From Carpediemonas membranifera BICM (taxonomy: Eukaryota; Protista; Fornicata): DNA of 64,000 nt. Positions 9,863 through 21,168 of the stretch are shown here, in pieces. The DNA lies in the NCBI GenBank assembly GCA_019828565.1, contig JAHDYR010000015.1:861996-925995 (forward strand). The letters run 5' to 3'. The notes under the pieces were generated by a model that saw only the letters and a program-made list of their open reading frames with translations, did no database searches and was not told the origin of the DNA. Position 1 is the first letter of the stretch. Every line of letters begins with the position of its first letter. A program made the position numbers and the translations under genes.

Positions 9863-12457
9863 ATGATCTCGCGTTTACTGCTGCTATTCGCGTTAATCGC
9901 GAGTGTTTTCGCCACACAATGCCTTCCTGCTGCGGAGGTCACAGCGTTGTACAACTTCTACAGCGCCCTCGGCGGTACGTCCTGGACGTCTAACAGTGGC
10001 TGGTACGCAATGACCAGCGGAGGCAGCTGCCCATGTGACGGCACCATGTACGTCACCGGAGTCTCCTGCACCGGCTCTGACGTCAATGAGCTGAACCTTC
10101 CATCCAATGGTCTTGCTGGCGTCTTCCCCAACCTTTCTGCGCTAACCAAGCTCGAGTACCTCATCCTGGACGGCAACGCTATCACCTGCACTGGCTGCCA
10201 GTACGCTATGCCAACCAACATGGGAGATTTGGTGGAACTTCAGATTCTGAAGATGAAGAACAACTACCTTGCTGGCGCCCTTCCCCCGAGCCTTGGAAAC
10301 TGCCAGCACCTGCAGAAGGTCGACCTGAGCGGCAACCTCATCACCAGTCTGCCCGCCACCTCCACTTGGGCCGACCTAACCGAGCTCATCCTCAAGGACA
10401 ACTCCATCACCACGCTCCCCGTCTACTCAGCCTCCACCAAGCTCGATATCCTCGACGTGTCCAACAACAAGCTCACTGCTCTCGACGACGGCTGGTTTAC
10501 TGACGTCACGTCGATCACGGAGCTCGAACTCGGCGGTAACGCACTCACCAGGGTGCCCACGAGCATCACCAACCTTGTAGACGCGTACAAGCTCGGCCTG
10601 AGCTCGAACAGCCTCACCACCATCCCCCCACTCGCCGCGATGGCCGCCCTCGAGTTCCTCGACGTTTCCCACAACGCACTGACTTCTCTCCCCGCCCTGC
10701 CTGATAGCGTCATCGTAGTAGAGGCCCGCGAGAACAAGATCACTGACGCCTCCGCCCTGAACGGATATAATGCCCTCCAGACTATCGATTTGAACTCCAA
10801 CAAGCTCACGACGCTCACGGGAACCCTCCCCGCGTCTATAGGATCGTTCGAGGCCGCTGCAAACGCTATCACCACCGTAGACACTTCCTACTTCTCCCAG
10901 GCCCGTGGTTTGACCAACATTGACCTCAGCAGCAACGCTCTGACTGATTTCCCGGCCAACCTCTGTGGCAACGGGTGGCAACTGGAGACACTTGATCTGT
11001 CACATAATTACATTGGTTATGTGGAGGATTTCTCGGGTTGTAAGTATCTTGAGAAGCTGTATCTCCACAACAACAAGATCACGTCGATCCCCAACGATAT
11101 TTGGACAGATTTGAAATATGTAACATATCTCGACCTCTCCTACAACAAATTCACCTCCATTCCCGACGAAATCGGCGAGTTGACCGGCCTAGTCGAGCTT
11201 CACCTCGCCAACACACCCGTCAAGACCATCAGCACGCTCATTGGCACCCTCCCCCACCTAGAAACCCTCGATCTCAGCATGACTGCCCTGACTTCCGTCC
11301 CCGCTGGTGTCAAGAACCTACCCTCGCTATATGAGCTTGACATGTCGTATTCCACCCTCACTGTGGAATCCGACGCCGTGCTTGAGAGCCTGACCCAGGT
11401 GCGGGTGCTTGATATCTCAGGGAACCCGTTTACTGGCGGCTATCCTGATCTGAGCAACCTTCCAAGACTCAAGACGCTGAAGTCACGTTACTGCAACAAT
11501 GCTGGGGTCACACTCGAGGAACTTATGGACAAGGTCCCCGGACTCCTCTCCACCCTGGATCTAGCCTGGAACGACCTCGAGGGCGCCATCCCCAGTGCCG
11601 TAGCCAACCTCGTCAAGGCTGGAATCCTCAAATCCGTCGATCTCTCCAACAACAAGCTCACTGGCTGGATCCCCGAAGCGCTCAACCTCCCCCAGGGATC
11701 CAGACCCGCCCTCGACCTCTCAGGCAACAAGTTCTTCTGTCCTGTACCATCCTGGGCAGCATGGACGGGCGCCTCGTCCGCTACATGCATCACTGTGAAG
11801 TTTGACCGAGTCACAGTCACTGACGTCCCCACGGTCAGAAGCCCGGGCATACTCACTGTCCATGGCTCATTCACACCGGCCTCACTGTACCAGTGCGCTT
11901 TCTACAACGAGGCGAGTGGCGCTTGGAGGTACACTGACGCGGAATACAAGGACTCGACCACTGTGAAGTGTGTCACCCCGGTTCACACGGAGACGGAGCC
12001 CCTCTCTGCCGGAAAGTACAAACTTGAAGTCACTTTCGACTCTGAGCCGATTTCCGGAGATCCGGTAGAAGTGACCATCCTTGACCCATGCTCGGTCTCG
12101 ACCTCTTGCGGCCAATGCACCAAGGACGCCTACTGTTTGTGGTCGAGCTCTGCCCACATGTGCTCGGATGAGCTGTTCGCGTCCACCCAGGATGGCTGGT
12201 CGCGTACGTGTGCTGCGAAGCGCGGTGCAGCTGTGGTGACCTTCGCTTACCACTGGGCCTGGATGGGCCTTCTTTTCGTCATCCTCGTACTTGTGTTTGC
12301 CTGTATCAGCACTATCTTCCTATGGAAGTTCGGCCCCCGTACATGGTGGGGTAGAGGAAAGCGTGCGGCCCCGGGTGTCGTCATCGTCAACTCCGCGGAG
12401 GGACCGTCTGAGAGAACGGGGCTGCTGGTCGACACGGATGAGAATGCGCTATTGTAA
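9863..12457 (+). CDS. type I membrane LRR receptor-like protein (SP, LRRNT, many LRRs, IPT/TIG-like, PSI-like, TM)
   Basis: Signal peptide MISRLLLLFALIASVFA; LxxLxLxxNxL repeats; CSVSTSCGQCTKDAYCLW; TM helix near the C-terminus. Confidence 0.85.
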   Translation: MISRLLLLFALIASVFATQCLPAAEVTALYNFYSALGGTSWTSNSGWYAMTSGGSCPCDGTMYVTGVSCTGSDVNELNLPSNGLAGVFPNLSALTKLEYLILDGNAITCTGCQYAMPTNMGDLVELQILKMKNNYLAGALPPSLGNCQHLQKVDLSGNLITSLPATSTWADLTELILKDNSITTLPVYSASTKLDILDVSNNKLTALDDGWFTDVTSITELELGGNALTRVPTSITNLVDAYKLGLSSNSLTTIPPLAAMAALEFLDVSHNALTSLPALPDSVIVVEARENKITDASALNGYNALQTIDLNSNKLTTLTGTLPASIGSFEAAANAITTVDTSYFSQARGLTNIDLSSNALTDFPANLCGNGWQLETLDLSHNYIGYVEDFSGCKYLEKLYLHNNKITSIPNDIWTDLKYVTYLDLSYNKFTSIPDEIGELTGLVELHLANTPVKTISTLIGTLPHLETLDLSMTALTSVPAGVKNLPSLYELDMSYSTLTVESDAVLESLTQVRVLDISGNPFTGGYPDLSNLPRLKTLKSRYCNNAGVTLEELMDKVPGLLSTLDLAWNDLEGAIPSAVANLVKAGILKSVDLSNNKLTGWIPEALNLPQGSRPALDLSGNKFFCPVPSWAAWTGASSATCITVKFDRVTVTDVPTVRSPGILTVHGSFTPASLYQCAFYNEASGAWRYTDAEYKDSTTVKCVTPVHTETEPLSAGKYKLEVTFDSEPISGDPVEVTILDPCSVSTSCGQCTKDAYCLWSSSAHMCSDELFASTQDGWSRTCAAKRGAAVVTFAYHWAWMGLLFVILVLVFACISTIFLWKFGPRTWWGRGKRAAPGVVIVNSAEGPSERTGLLVDTDENALL

Positions 12458-12527
12458 ATATCATGTGTTGCCGTAATGTATACGGGAATGGCTTGATTTG
12501 AGGCGATTTCCTGAGGATTCCGTAGTT

Positions 12528-12557
12528 TGAAGTATCATAGAGTGCACAGTGCAAGCA
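12528..12557. repeat. 30-bp direct repeat copy 1 (TGAAGTATCATAGAGTGCACAGTGCAAGCA)
   Basis: Identical to 14954-14983. Confidence 0.97.
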
Positions 12558-12650
12558 CTGCGTCTCTCCACTTCAATTAGCTTGCCCGGAGGCGAAGATT
12601 AGCGGCTGGTTAGCCGTAATTGGTGTATTGGGGTTATAGTTGGGAAGACG
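12528..12650 (-). ncRNA. candidate Fanzor omegaRNA (scaffold about 12650-12558, guide from 12557)
   Basis: Minus strand CGTCTT/GAGACG and CAATTA/TAATTG helices enclose hairpins CGGCT-AACC-AGCCG and CTTcGCC-TCCG-GGCAAG. The fold overlaps the ORF 3' end and stops 3 nt before the repeat. Confidence 0.55.
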
Positions 12651-14570
12651 GGCTGGAGGTCTTGGATTTCTGAAAGCACTGGCTTGATACTGTGCATCCG
12701 TCATGAGGCCGCAATCCAAGATGTTCTGTGCAGCAGTCTTGTCTCTGTGGGAGAGATTGAGCCAAGTGGTGGTAGTAGGATCGGAATTGAGGCGTTGCTG
12801 TCTGTACCAAGGAGCACCTTGACAATTCGGGTTGTGGCATCGCATCGTGCGCCTCGTGTAGCGAGTTCTACGGAACCTCGCGCGGCAGAAGGGGCAGACG
12901 AGTGAGGTTGTTCGGAACTCGTTAGTCATCCGCACTTCAGCAGTGATGTTGAAAGCTCTCCTGATGTGTGGTAGTAAGATAGCAAAGCGACCATACGGCG
13001 CGCATGGATGCACCCGACGGGGCGCCTTGAATCTAGCGCTTCCGTAGAAGACAACCAGCCTGGTGGGGGCTGCCCGGGGAGGGGCAATACTGCGAGGGAG
13101 TCGCCGAGGAGTCCATCCTAGGGTGCGAGCAAGCTGCTCCCCAGCTCTATGGAAGTGCTTTTGACGCAAGATGTGGTTCGTCAGGCGCACTCTGCGGAAG
13201 CTCTTGACCATCCCAGCGTCGAATATTTCCTGCTCGTGGAGGAGCACAAACCTAACCGAGTTTTGTAGACTATCTAGATTTGTACTTTTGAATGACGCAG
13301 GAGTCATATCGAACGCGAAGCTGGGGGTCTTGGTGTACCCACACTTCGGGACCACACCGGAGCTGGTGGTGCCATCTGGGTGGCGGATGAAGAATCCACC
13401 CAGAGCCCGAGCACCCGGGTCGAAACCCATGAGGTGGGCATCGGGGTCTGGCGCGGGGCGAGCATCTGCGTCATCCACACCCAGACGCTCCCGAGCCTTT
13501 CGCTTCATCGTCGGGTTGCCACTGGCACGTCTGCTGACGTATGGCAGAGCACCAACTTGGACCGTGAGGTCCACGGCGACCCCATCTGTCTTGACAGACA
13601 GCACCCGACGGATGTTCGGAGGAAGAGCCTACAGCTGCTCTCGCGTCATGCGCTCAGTGGCGTGATGCTCCGGGTCGACCCCAAATTGGGCAAGCCAAGC
13701 CGGGTTCAGCACGTTGAGAGAACAGGGAACGTGCATGAACCCGGGGCGGACCGGAGCCATCGGGACAAGCGGAACAAGCTTGGGGCCAGCCAGCGGCTTG
13801 TCACCCGGAGGAGGTGGATGGGCGGTGTTGAATGCCGCAACCATATCCGTGAGCTCTCCCAGAGCCGCGGAGATCCGCCAGACGCAGGGCAGCGTGAGTA
13901 GAACGCCCTCGTCGACTCGTCCCGGAGTTGAGATCTTTGCAAGGTGCTCATCAACGATCGCCTTGATAGCGCGTTGTTCGGTGCGCAACCGGGTGATGTC
14001 GTCCCGGGGCACGTCTGGATCACGCTGAGTCAGGGCAGTGTCGACCCGAGTGATGATCTTCGCCAGGCGCCAGCAGTAACCTTCAAGGGCCTTGACGAGC
14101 CACAGCTTGGTGCTCGTGGCATATTCGCCCAGCCACACGTCGAAATCGCCAGGGCACTGTTGACGAGCTGCCCTGAAGGCGGTGCAGAGGCGGATGATGA
14201 ACTCGTCATGCCACAGTGGCATCTCGGCTATTGAGGTGACAACCTGCCGAACTGCGGCGTATTTTTTCGCGCCCAGGAAGCGGTCGACGAGTGAGTCGGC
14301 GGCGAGGTTTCGGTACTCTCCACTTCGTCGGTAGGCGACGATAACGATGGCCTGGTGCAGAGCCTGGTCATGCACGGGCAAGGAGAGATTGGCGGGGTGG
14401 CAACACGCGGCGATGTATGACAGAATGCAAGTGTGAAAGTACTTGGCCTTCGTGAACGAGCAGAGCTTGTTCTCCAATCCGGCGTAGAAGTCCGCGATGA
14501 AAGGAATCACGTTTCTACGGTTATGGAGAATGGAGGATATGGAGAACTTGACCGTATAGATGCTGGTCAT
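12573..14570 (-). pseudogene. Fanzor1-like RNA-guided RuvC nuclease, 665 codons, single in-frame TAG at 13631-13629
   Basis: ORFs 13629-14570 and 12573-13604 share a frame. Motifs: VKTDGVAV, RuvC-I GFDPG, VVFYG, relocated Glu NEFRTT, Zn finger CPFC..CHNPNC, RuvC-III HRDKTAAQNI. Confidence 0.88.
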
Positions 14571-14953
14571 GTGAAGCTCTGCGTTTTGCGGTGAATGAAC
14601 CGATCACTTGTGTGTACAACACACATCAAAGACGACAGACGTTTAATGAACGAGACTATGCAGTGATAATGGCGAGAATTAGAAGAACTGAAGTGTTTTA
14701 TCTTCAGGCAGCGGCATAGAAGAGCCCGCTGTGCGATGGAAGGCCATGGTGATGATTGCAAAAACGTCATGATCAAGACCCCGAAATCCGACAAGCAGAA
14801 GAGAGCGGATGGAAGTAAGATGGGGTAGACGATAGGTGGGAAGCTAGTTGCTTTGCGAGAGGACTGGAGAAGCACTGATTGATGACCCCCGATGATGACT
14901 GACTATCGAAATATCACTCTCAAGAAGAAGGAAGGGAGAGCGGGAAGGGGTAA

Positions 14954-14983
14954 TGAAGTATCATAGAGTGCACAGTGCAAGCA
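14954..14983. repeat. 30-bp direct repeat copy 2
   Basis: Identical to 12528-12557. Confidence 0.97.
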
Positions 14984-15065
14984 GTAAAACAGACTCTCAA
15001 TTGTCTATACAGACTTCATAGTTTGAAAGTGCAGGATTGTGCAACACGATTAGCGGTTCGAGAAC

Positions 15066-16722
15066 ATGGCTATTAAGACGCCCGTGGAAGTTTTTCACGG
15101 GGGACATGGGAAAAATACACGACATGGGCATTTTCACAGCTCGCGAAAGCATTTTATTCAAAGCCTCACATACTGGAGACAGGTTTGTTCCTAGGAGTCA
15201 ACATGCGTCCTTATGCAGTCTATGCGAGAGATCACTGGATCCTGGGAAGACGATGAGTCCCGTGTGCGCTACATGAAGTCTCTTTTCGCCATAGCTGACC
15301 AAGACGGCACCAAGAAGATCAAGTTTGAAGAGCTTAACGGTTCGCATTCTCCCAGGCACTCACTCAGACATCCTCGCGTTCTTCGCCAAGGAGGGCTTCG
15401 ACCCCTCCTCCTTCGCCTTCAACATCCCGGCCGAGGCGACCCCGGATGACATCGTCCGAGCCGTTATGGACGAATACGACTACGGACGGACCGGCTATCT
15501 CACGGAGGAAGAGTTCATGGCACTCACAGACACTGTATTGAAGGAATACCAGCTGCATCAGGACTACGCTGGTATTATTAACCGGACCATAGGCCCCTAT
15601 AACATGACTCGGACCTTGGGTTACGGTACCATGGGCATCGTCAAGTTTGCAACCCATAAGGAGACTGGGAAAGCGGTGGCGATTAAGGTTATTCGCAGAG
15701 CCAACAACTACGTGGACGAAGTAATGATTGACGCTGAGATTGAGGCCCATGAGACAATCACCGGTCATCCTTACATAGTGTCCTTTGTGGAGGCCCTGGA
15801 GACCGACTCCCACGTCTTCTTCATCATGGAACTCTGCGGGGGTGGCTCCGTGCTCGACCATATCCTGCACACACCATTTACTGAAGCGATTACACGGTTT
15901 TATTTAAGACAAGTAGCAGAAGGTCTCGTGCACATGCACGAGTGCGGGGTGGCTCATAGAGACCTCAGGCTCGAGAACGTGCTCCTCGACAATGAGGGAA
16001 ACGTCAAGATCTGCGACTTTGGGCATGCCCTCATCTTCAACGATGGCTGGGACGCTTTCACCTCACAAACACGGGCAGGGTCACTGTTCTCCCAGGCACC
16101 CGAGCAGATTGGCCGCAACCCCTGCAGTGGCCGGGCGGTTGACGTCTGGTCGCTTGGGGTGGTGATGCACTGCCTTTTGTTGAACAGAAGACCGTTTGTT
16201 GAAGAAGGAATGGACCAGATGCGGCAGCTCAAGGCGATAGCCAACGCTGAGCTCAGCCTTCCTGAAGACATCAACCCAGACGCCGCCGACCTGCTTCGTC
16301 AGCTCCTGGCTAAGGATCCGAAGGCCCGGCCGACAGTCTCTGAGGCCCTAGAGCACCCCTGGTTCGACGGACCTGTCCATAAGCCAGCTATCGCCTTCAC
16401 CGAGCTCGATATGACCGATATCCCAGGTCACACGTGGGATGAAGACATCGCGGGCACGTGGAAGACGATGCTTGACGTGCTGGGGACGTTCCCGCTCGAT
16501 ATAAGCACCCCACCCGAGCCTCTGTGCGATATGCACGTCCGTCTGGTCCATAGAGAGAACGGTGTCCATCTAGGGTTGACATTCATGCCAGACGAAGAGG
16601 GGGACATGACCTTTGGGTTTTATTTATGGCGGGGTGAATGTTGGCAGTTTCAGCGGGTTAGCAAGAGAATTATTACCAACTTTCTCGACTGGGTGATGAA
16701 GAACGGCAATCGAGAAAGTTGA
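15066..16722 (+). CDS. CAMK-group kinase with N-terminal EF-hands; introns 15183-15218 and 15340-15367
   Basis: EF loops DQDGTKKIKFEE and DYGRTGYLTEEE; GYGTMG, VAIK, HRDLRLEN and DFG. Both introns restore frame. Confidence 0.8.
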
Positions 16723-17122
16723 GTTTAGGCGTGTGGGAAGGCGATTGTGACGGTGATAGTAAACACGATAGCAGGCATCGAATGATACATATGGAATATG
16801 TAACTCGGATAACCGTGGTATCGTGAGTTACCAAGGCGGAGTTGAACTGTCTATAAACTGCACTGACTTTGATCATCACAACAGCAAGGAAGTGTAAGCG
16901 TACCGGTTGACCATGCGTTCCGTGGCTGTGGATTGACTAAGGAGATAACTCTTCATCTGAGCAAAATAGCAACTTGGGCAATCAGCAGACCATGATGCTA
17001 CGGATCTGATTTTTGCGGGTTACTCAGCCGAGAGAAGACACCACTGCTCTGCGACAAGTTTATCGTCGGCCCAGGACCGGGCAGAGTCGACTCACATGCA
17101 GTGACTGGGGGATGAATCTCGT

Positions 17123-18982
17123 TTACTGCTCGACCCACGGGTCGACGTCGACTGGAATCAACTCACAATACACATTTGGGAGACGGTTTGGTCTGCACTT
17201 AACCGTCTTAGCCACCCCATCTGACACAATCTTCACCTCAAACCATTGGCCGGCGGTGTCACGGAATTGATTGACTCTTCTTGCACGCACATATCTTGAG
17301 CTAAATGCTGTGGCCTCAAAGGGCACACAGCACTGGTATTCTTCATTTTGTAGGTTAGTCTGGCCCTCGGAGACCCAGGCGAGAGCAGATATACGACAAT
17401 ATTCCTTCTTGACGTGGACGTGACCCACGAAATAATAGAACCCCTTGACTCTCTCTGGGAAGCGGAGCGGGGTGGGTGTGAGGCACTTGTCGCCCTTACT
17501 GTATCCGGGTAGCAGGCCCGACTGGGCGATATGAGCGGGAACATAGCCGGCAAACAGCATCTTTCGGTCGCAAAGGAAGATATTATTGCAACCCTCCGTT
17601 CTCAGGATACGGTCGACCCCGAATGGCAGGTCGACGAAGCCATTCATATAATTGTTTTGATGCCCGAGTCCCAGCTGGCCACAAGAGTTGTTCCCACTGA
17701 TCACCTGCCGATCGCCCTTGAGAGGATGACAGTCGCTCTGAAATCACCCACATGCATGATGTGATCTGGGACAAAGCCAGTAGGCACGGCGACTGGGTGG
17801 AAGAGATGGCTGTTCTCCTCGACTGGGCCGACGAATCGCGCTGGCGTCGCACCAGCCATGACAGTGCCGACTGGGGTGAGTATGAACGTCTGATCTCCCT
17901 TCCTCGACACATCAGTCGCCATCCTGTGCTTCTCCCAGGCGGGCAGGCTCGCCTCGAGCTCGGCGATCTTGGGGCAGGCGGGGAAGGTGAGGCGGGTCGG
18001 GTCGACGAACTCATATGACCTGAACCCCAGCTCATCATATCGGCTAGTTCCCCAGCCCCAAAGGCCCTTGGGCGTCCTGGCAATGTGTGCGATTCCGCTG
18101 CTGTAGACCTCGAGGGCCCTGGGCATCCTGGCCCTGGTGAGGGCGGTGTGGTGGTCAGTGTCGAGCATGAAGAGTCGGCCCATGTACATGCGGTGGTGGT
18201 AGCATCTTACTCGCGGAGAGTAGTGATAGCACTCGCCGTCCTTCTCGGCGACGTTCATCGTAAAGAAGAACTTGCGGCAGAGGAACCAGAGGCATTTTCC
18301 TTCGGGCGTTAGAGCGTTGCGGATCTTGTCGTGCATCTCGGACCCATGAGGCTGCTTCGCTCTAGCCTCCTCCAGCACCCTGTCCTCGAGGTCGGGGTTG
18401 GCCCAGCCACCAACCAGACACGCCCACACCGCGCCCTGGTTGAGTGTGAAGAGGCAGGGTGGGAGGTCCTCGCCATCCGCGAGCTCGATGGACAGCGGGG
18501 GGTTGTGAGAGAGTATCGCGATAACCCGGTTGACAAAGGTGATGGTGGAGGTTGAGGGACAAGAACGTGTTAATCGCCTCATTGGTTGTGGCTTGGTTGG
18601 CATCGCCGCCTTCGTCCGGGATTTCCTCGCCGAACTCGTGAGTGAAGGCCTCTCGCATGAGAGTGGGAATGTCACCTGGCAGATCCACATATTCGCGCAA
18701 ACTGATGGAATGCAAGCTAATCATTGCATCACGCTAGACGTCTCTGCCACTCTTGGGCGTCGAAGACCGCATGGCGGCGAGGCGAGCGCGAGAAGCATCC
18801 ATCCAGGCGAGGCGGGTATCGATATCCTCGTCAGGAAGCTCCATTCCGTTCAGCTTAGCAATTTCGGTATCAACATTGCTAATACATGCGTCCAGCGGCT
18901 GAAGAGTATCGTGAACTGCCATCGTTTCAAAAACGAGTCGATCGCCCGACTCGACTCGACTTGACTTGGACCTTGACAACAT
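17123..18982 (-). pseudogene. RCC1-like family member, frameshifted
   Basis: ORFs 18734-18982, 17701-18690 and 17123-17704 carry family motifs (CLWFLCRKFFF, GLWGWG, SGNNSCGQLG). Confidence 0.65.
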
Positions 18983-19244
18983 TCCTGCAGCGTCTGCAAT
19001 TCCTCATTAAATCTATGTTTGTACAGCTTGAGCGTGGGATGGCCGTCGCCGTGTGCCTGGACCCGCGTCAGGCTGAAGCTGCAAGCACAAGAACGTTTAA
19101 TAATCTTCTCGATTTAGGCAGACACGCATTAACACGTAAAGCATTGGAATGGGATGGCCGTCGCCGTGGGACGGGACTTGTCCATGCAACAGGACGAAGA
19201 CTGCAACGGCAGTACATGAGCACAAGCAAACATGAATAACAAGA

Positions 19245-20186
19245 CTAGAAGACGTCTGTCACTCGCTTGACTCTCCTCCGGGTCTGCTTCACTGCCCCCG
19301 TCTCCGCAATGTGCGCCTTAAGCACCTCTTTCGTGACGGCATTTCCCGCCTCTTCCAGTGCCTCCACGGGTGCTTCGAGCGCCTTGGTCGGCATGGCGGC
19401 CATGATGTCCGCCCTGAGCTCTTCGGCCGCGTTCTGCTCGTGAATGGGAGTCTTCTTGCTCGGCTCGATGGCGAATCTTATCTGAAGAACCTCAGACCCT
19501 CCAACGTTGTTGCCTGTCAGCGCCTCCTTCGCAAACTCAGCCTGGGCGCGGGTCTTGTACTCTATAAAAGCCACATTCATGGATGAAATGTAATTAAACT
19601 GCACAAATTGTCCGAACAAACCAAAATGGTATCTCAGTCGCTTGTCCAGCCCCGGCTCATGCGAGGGTAGGTTCGACACGCGGAGGGTGCGACACTCCTT
19701 CAGTCTGGCAGCAGAAGAGGGGTTCCATCCGAACCTGGGCCGGCCGAAGCAATCCTTCGTTTCAGGAATGTGGCGCTGGTGATGCGTCTCGGGGATGCGA
19801 TGAAGGTACTCGCATGCCTCGCCGCGCCAGCACTGGCCGCGGGCAAAGAACACACAGAAGCGGATGGGCGGGCGGAGCTTGTCACCCTGGGTTCGGCCTA
19901 CGTCGCGGGCGGGGTCACAGCGGAACACGTTCTTCACCACAGCGTCCTTCTCCTTGTCTAAGCCCGGCCTTGAGTGATACCAGATGTTGTATAAGCCCTC
20001 ATACGCCTCGGCTTCGAGATCAGGGCGCTTGATCTTCAGTATTTCCTTGCTAATCTGAGGGCGGGCTGGTTTTTCCACTTGCGAAGAGAATTGACGCTCA
20101 AACATGGCATATTTCTCTTTCGTAAGAGTTACAGCCTCTGCCTCAGTTTCAACGGCTGGAGTCTCTTTCAATGCAGTATCTGCCAT
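19245..20186 (-). CDS. CWC2: pre-mRNA splicing factor Cwc2/RBM22 (CCCH + RRM)
   Basis: YNIWY, FRCDPARDVGRT, CVFFARGQCWRGEACEYLHRIP, DCFGR and RRM AFIEY..AEFAKEA. Confidence 0.85.
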   Translation of the reverse strand: MADTALKETPAVETEAEAVTLTKEKYAMFERQFSSQVEKPARPQISKEILKIKRPDLEAEAYEGLYNIWYHSRPGLDKEKDAVVKNVFRCDPARDVGRTQGDKLRPPIRFCVFFARGQCWRGEACEYLHRIPETHHQRHIPETKDCFGRPRFGWNPSSAARLKECRTLRVSNLPSHEPGLDKRLRYHFGLFGQFVQFNYISSMNVAFIEYKTRAQAEFAKEALTGNNVGGSEVLQIRFAIEPSKKTPIHEQNAAEELRADIMAAMPTKALEAPVEALEEAGNAVTKEVLKAHIAETGAVKQTRRRVKRVTDVF

Positions 20187-20339
20187 GCTCGCTGTAGTAG
20201 TCGACCCAACCCCGAGTCGTTCCTGAAAAGAGGAAAAGGACGACGCCGGGCGATGTATTGAGGCAATTTCAGCCTTTACTAGACACGGTTGCCGCGGAAT
20301 GAGCTGAGATGGTGATTAAATCAAACGGAAAACGACAAG

Positions 20340-20845
20340 ATGGATAAGAAAACACTTGGTGAGAGGATTAGCCGCGTTTCAGAGACAGCTATTGGCGGTA
20401 TGTCTATGGTTGCACTGCTCAATGAGTTTGATACCCTATTTGCTGATTCTGGTTTGTCTTTTTCCCATCATCTCACGCATATGACAAGATAGCTCTCTGT
20501 GAAGGCTTATTGACCGCCATTTCAGAAGTTCAATCAGACGTATGCTACATTCCCTACTCTATTTATCACACAGCTTGCTGAATCGCTGAACAAGTTTGAC
20601 GAAACCTCCATACAACAGCAAGTCCTCCCCCAGCAAGCTCACACAGGATCTTTAGTGCCGTCAAGATGATCGAACGCGATGTAACCAAGACCAGTGAGCA
20701 GGTTTCCACCATCAATGACAGCATTGCTGGAGCAGGCCGGGACCTCTCGTACACGACTGACCTGAGGGAGGCACAGACCATGGCAGCTAACCTGGACAAG
20801 GCCGTGGATCTGCTGGGGAAGAAGATGGTCGGCGGACAGCGCTGA
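20340..20845 (+). CDS. 122-aa helical protein missing from the ORF track; introns 20452-20525, 20540-20573 and GC-AG 20618-20646
   Basis: Exons of 112+14+44+199 nt = 369 nt give a stop-free ORF; introns end TTCAG or CACACAG. Confidence 0.6.
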
Positions 20846-21168
20846 GTGCTTATATGAGCAGTCATTTGTCATTATCTGGTAAGCCTTGTAGCACCGTAAA
20901 GGGGCTCCGTTTGAACCGTTCCGTTTGTAGACCAGCATAAATGTCTCAGCTCGTCCCATTTACATAGATTACATGGTAGGCTTCAGCCTGTTACAGCCTG
21001 ACCCACCTCCCTCCATCGGATGGACTGTGTGGCGTGGCATCATCTACTGATCACCAGTGCAGCGAGGCCAGGGTCTGCATCATGGTCATGTCTTGTGGCT
21101 TCGCAGCTTGCGTCTGCGGTCGGCGAGTCGTCTGAAAGATCCAAACTGTGAAGTGATCGCTGAAACGA

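Larger units (their letters stand above)
12528..14983 (-). mobile_element. Fanzor element without transposase, bounded by 30-bp direct repeats
   Basis: Fanzor reading frame plus about 380 bp of 5' sequence between identical 30-mers; no convincing TIRs. Confidence 0.8.

Noticed and set aside
14567-14875. 102-aa ORF upstream of the Fanzor as a transposase
   Set aside because: Non-ATG start and no HUH, serine-recombinase or DDE motifs.
12528-14983. CRISPR array or TIR transposon interpretation of the 30-bp repeats
   Set aside because: Only two copies 2.4 kb apart, in direct orientation; no convincing inverted ends.
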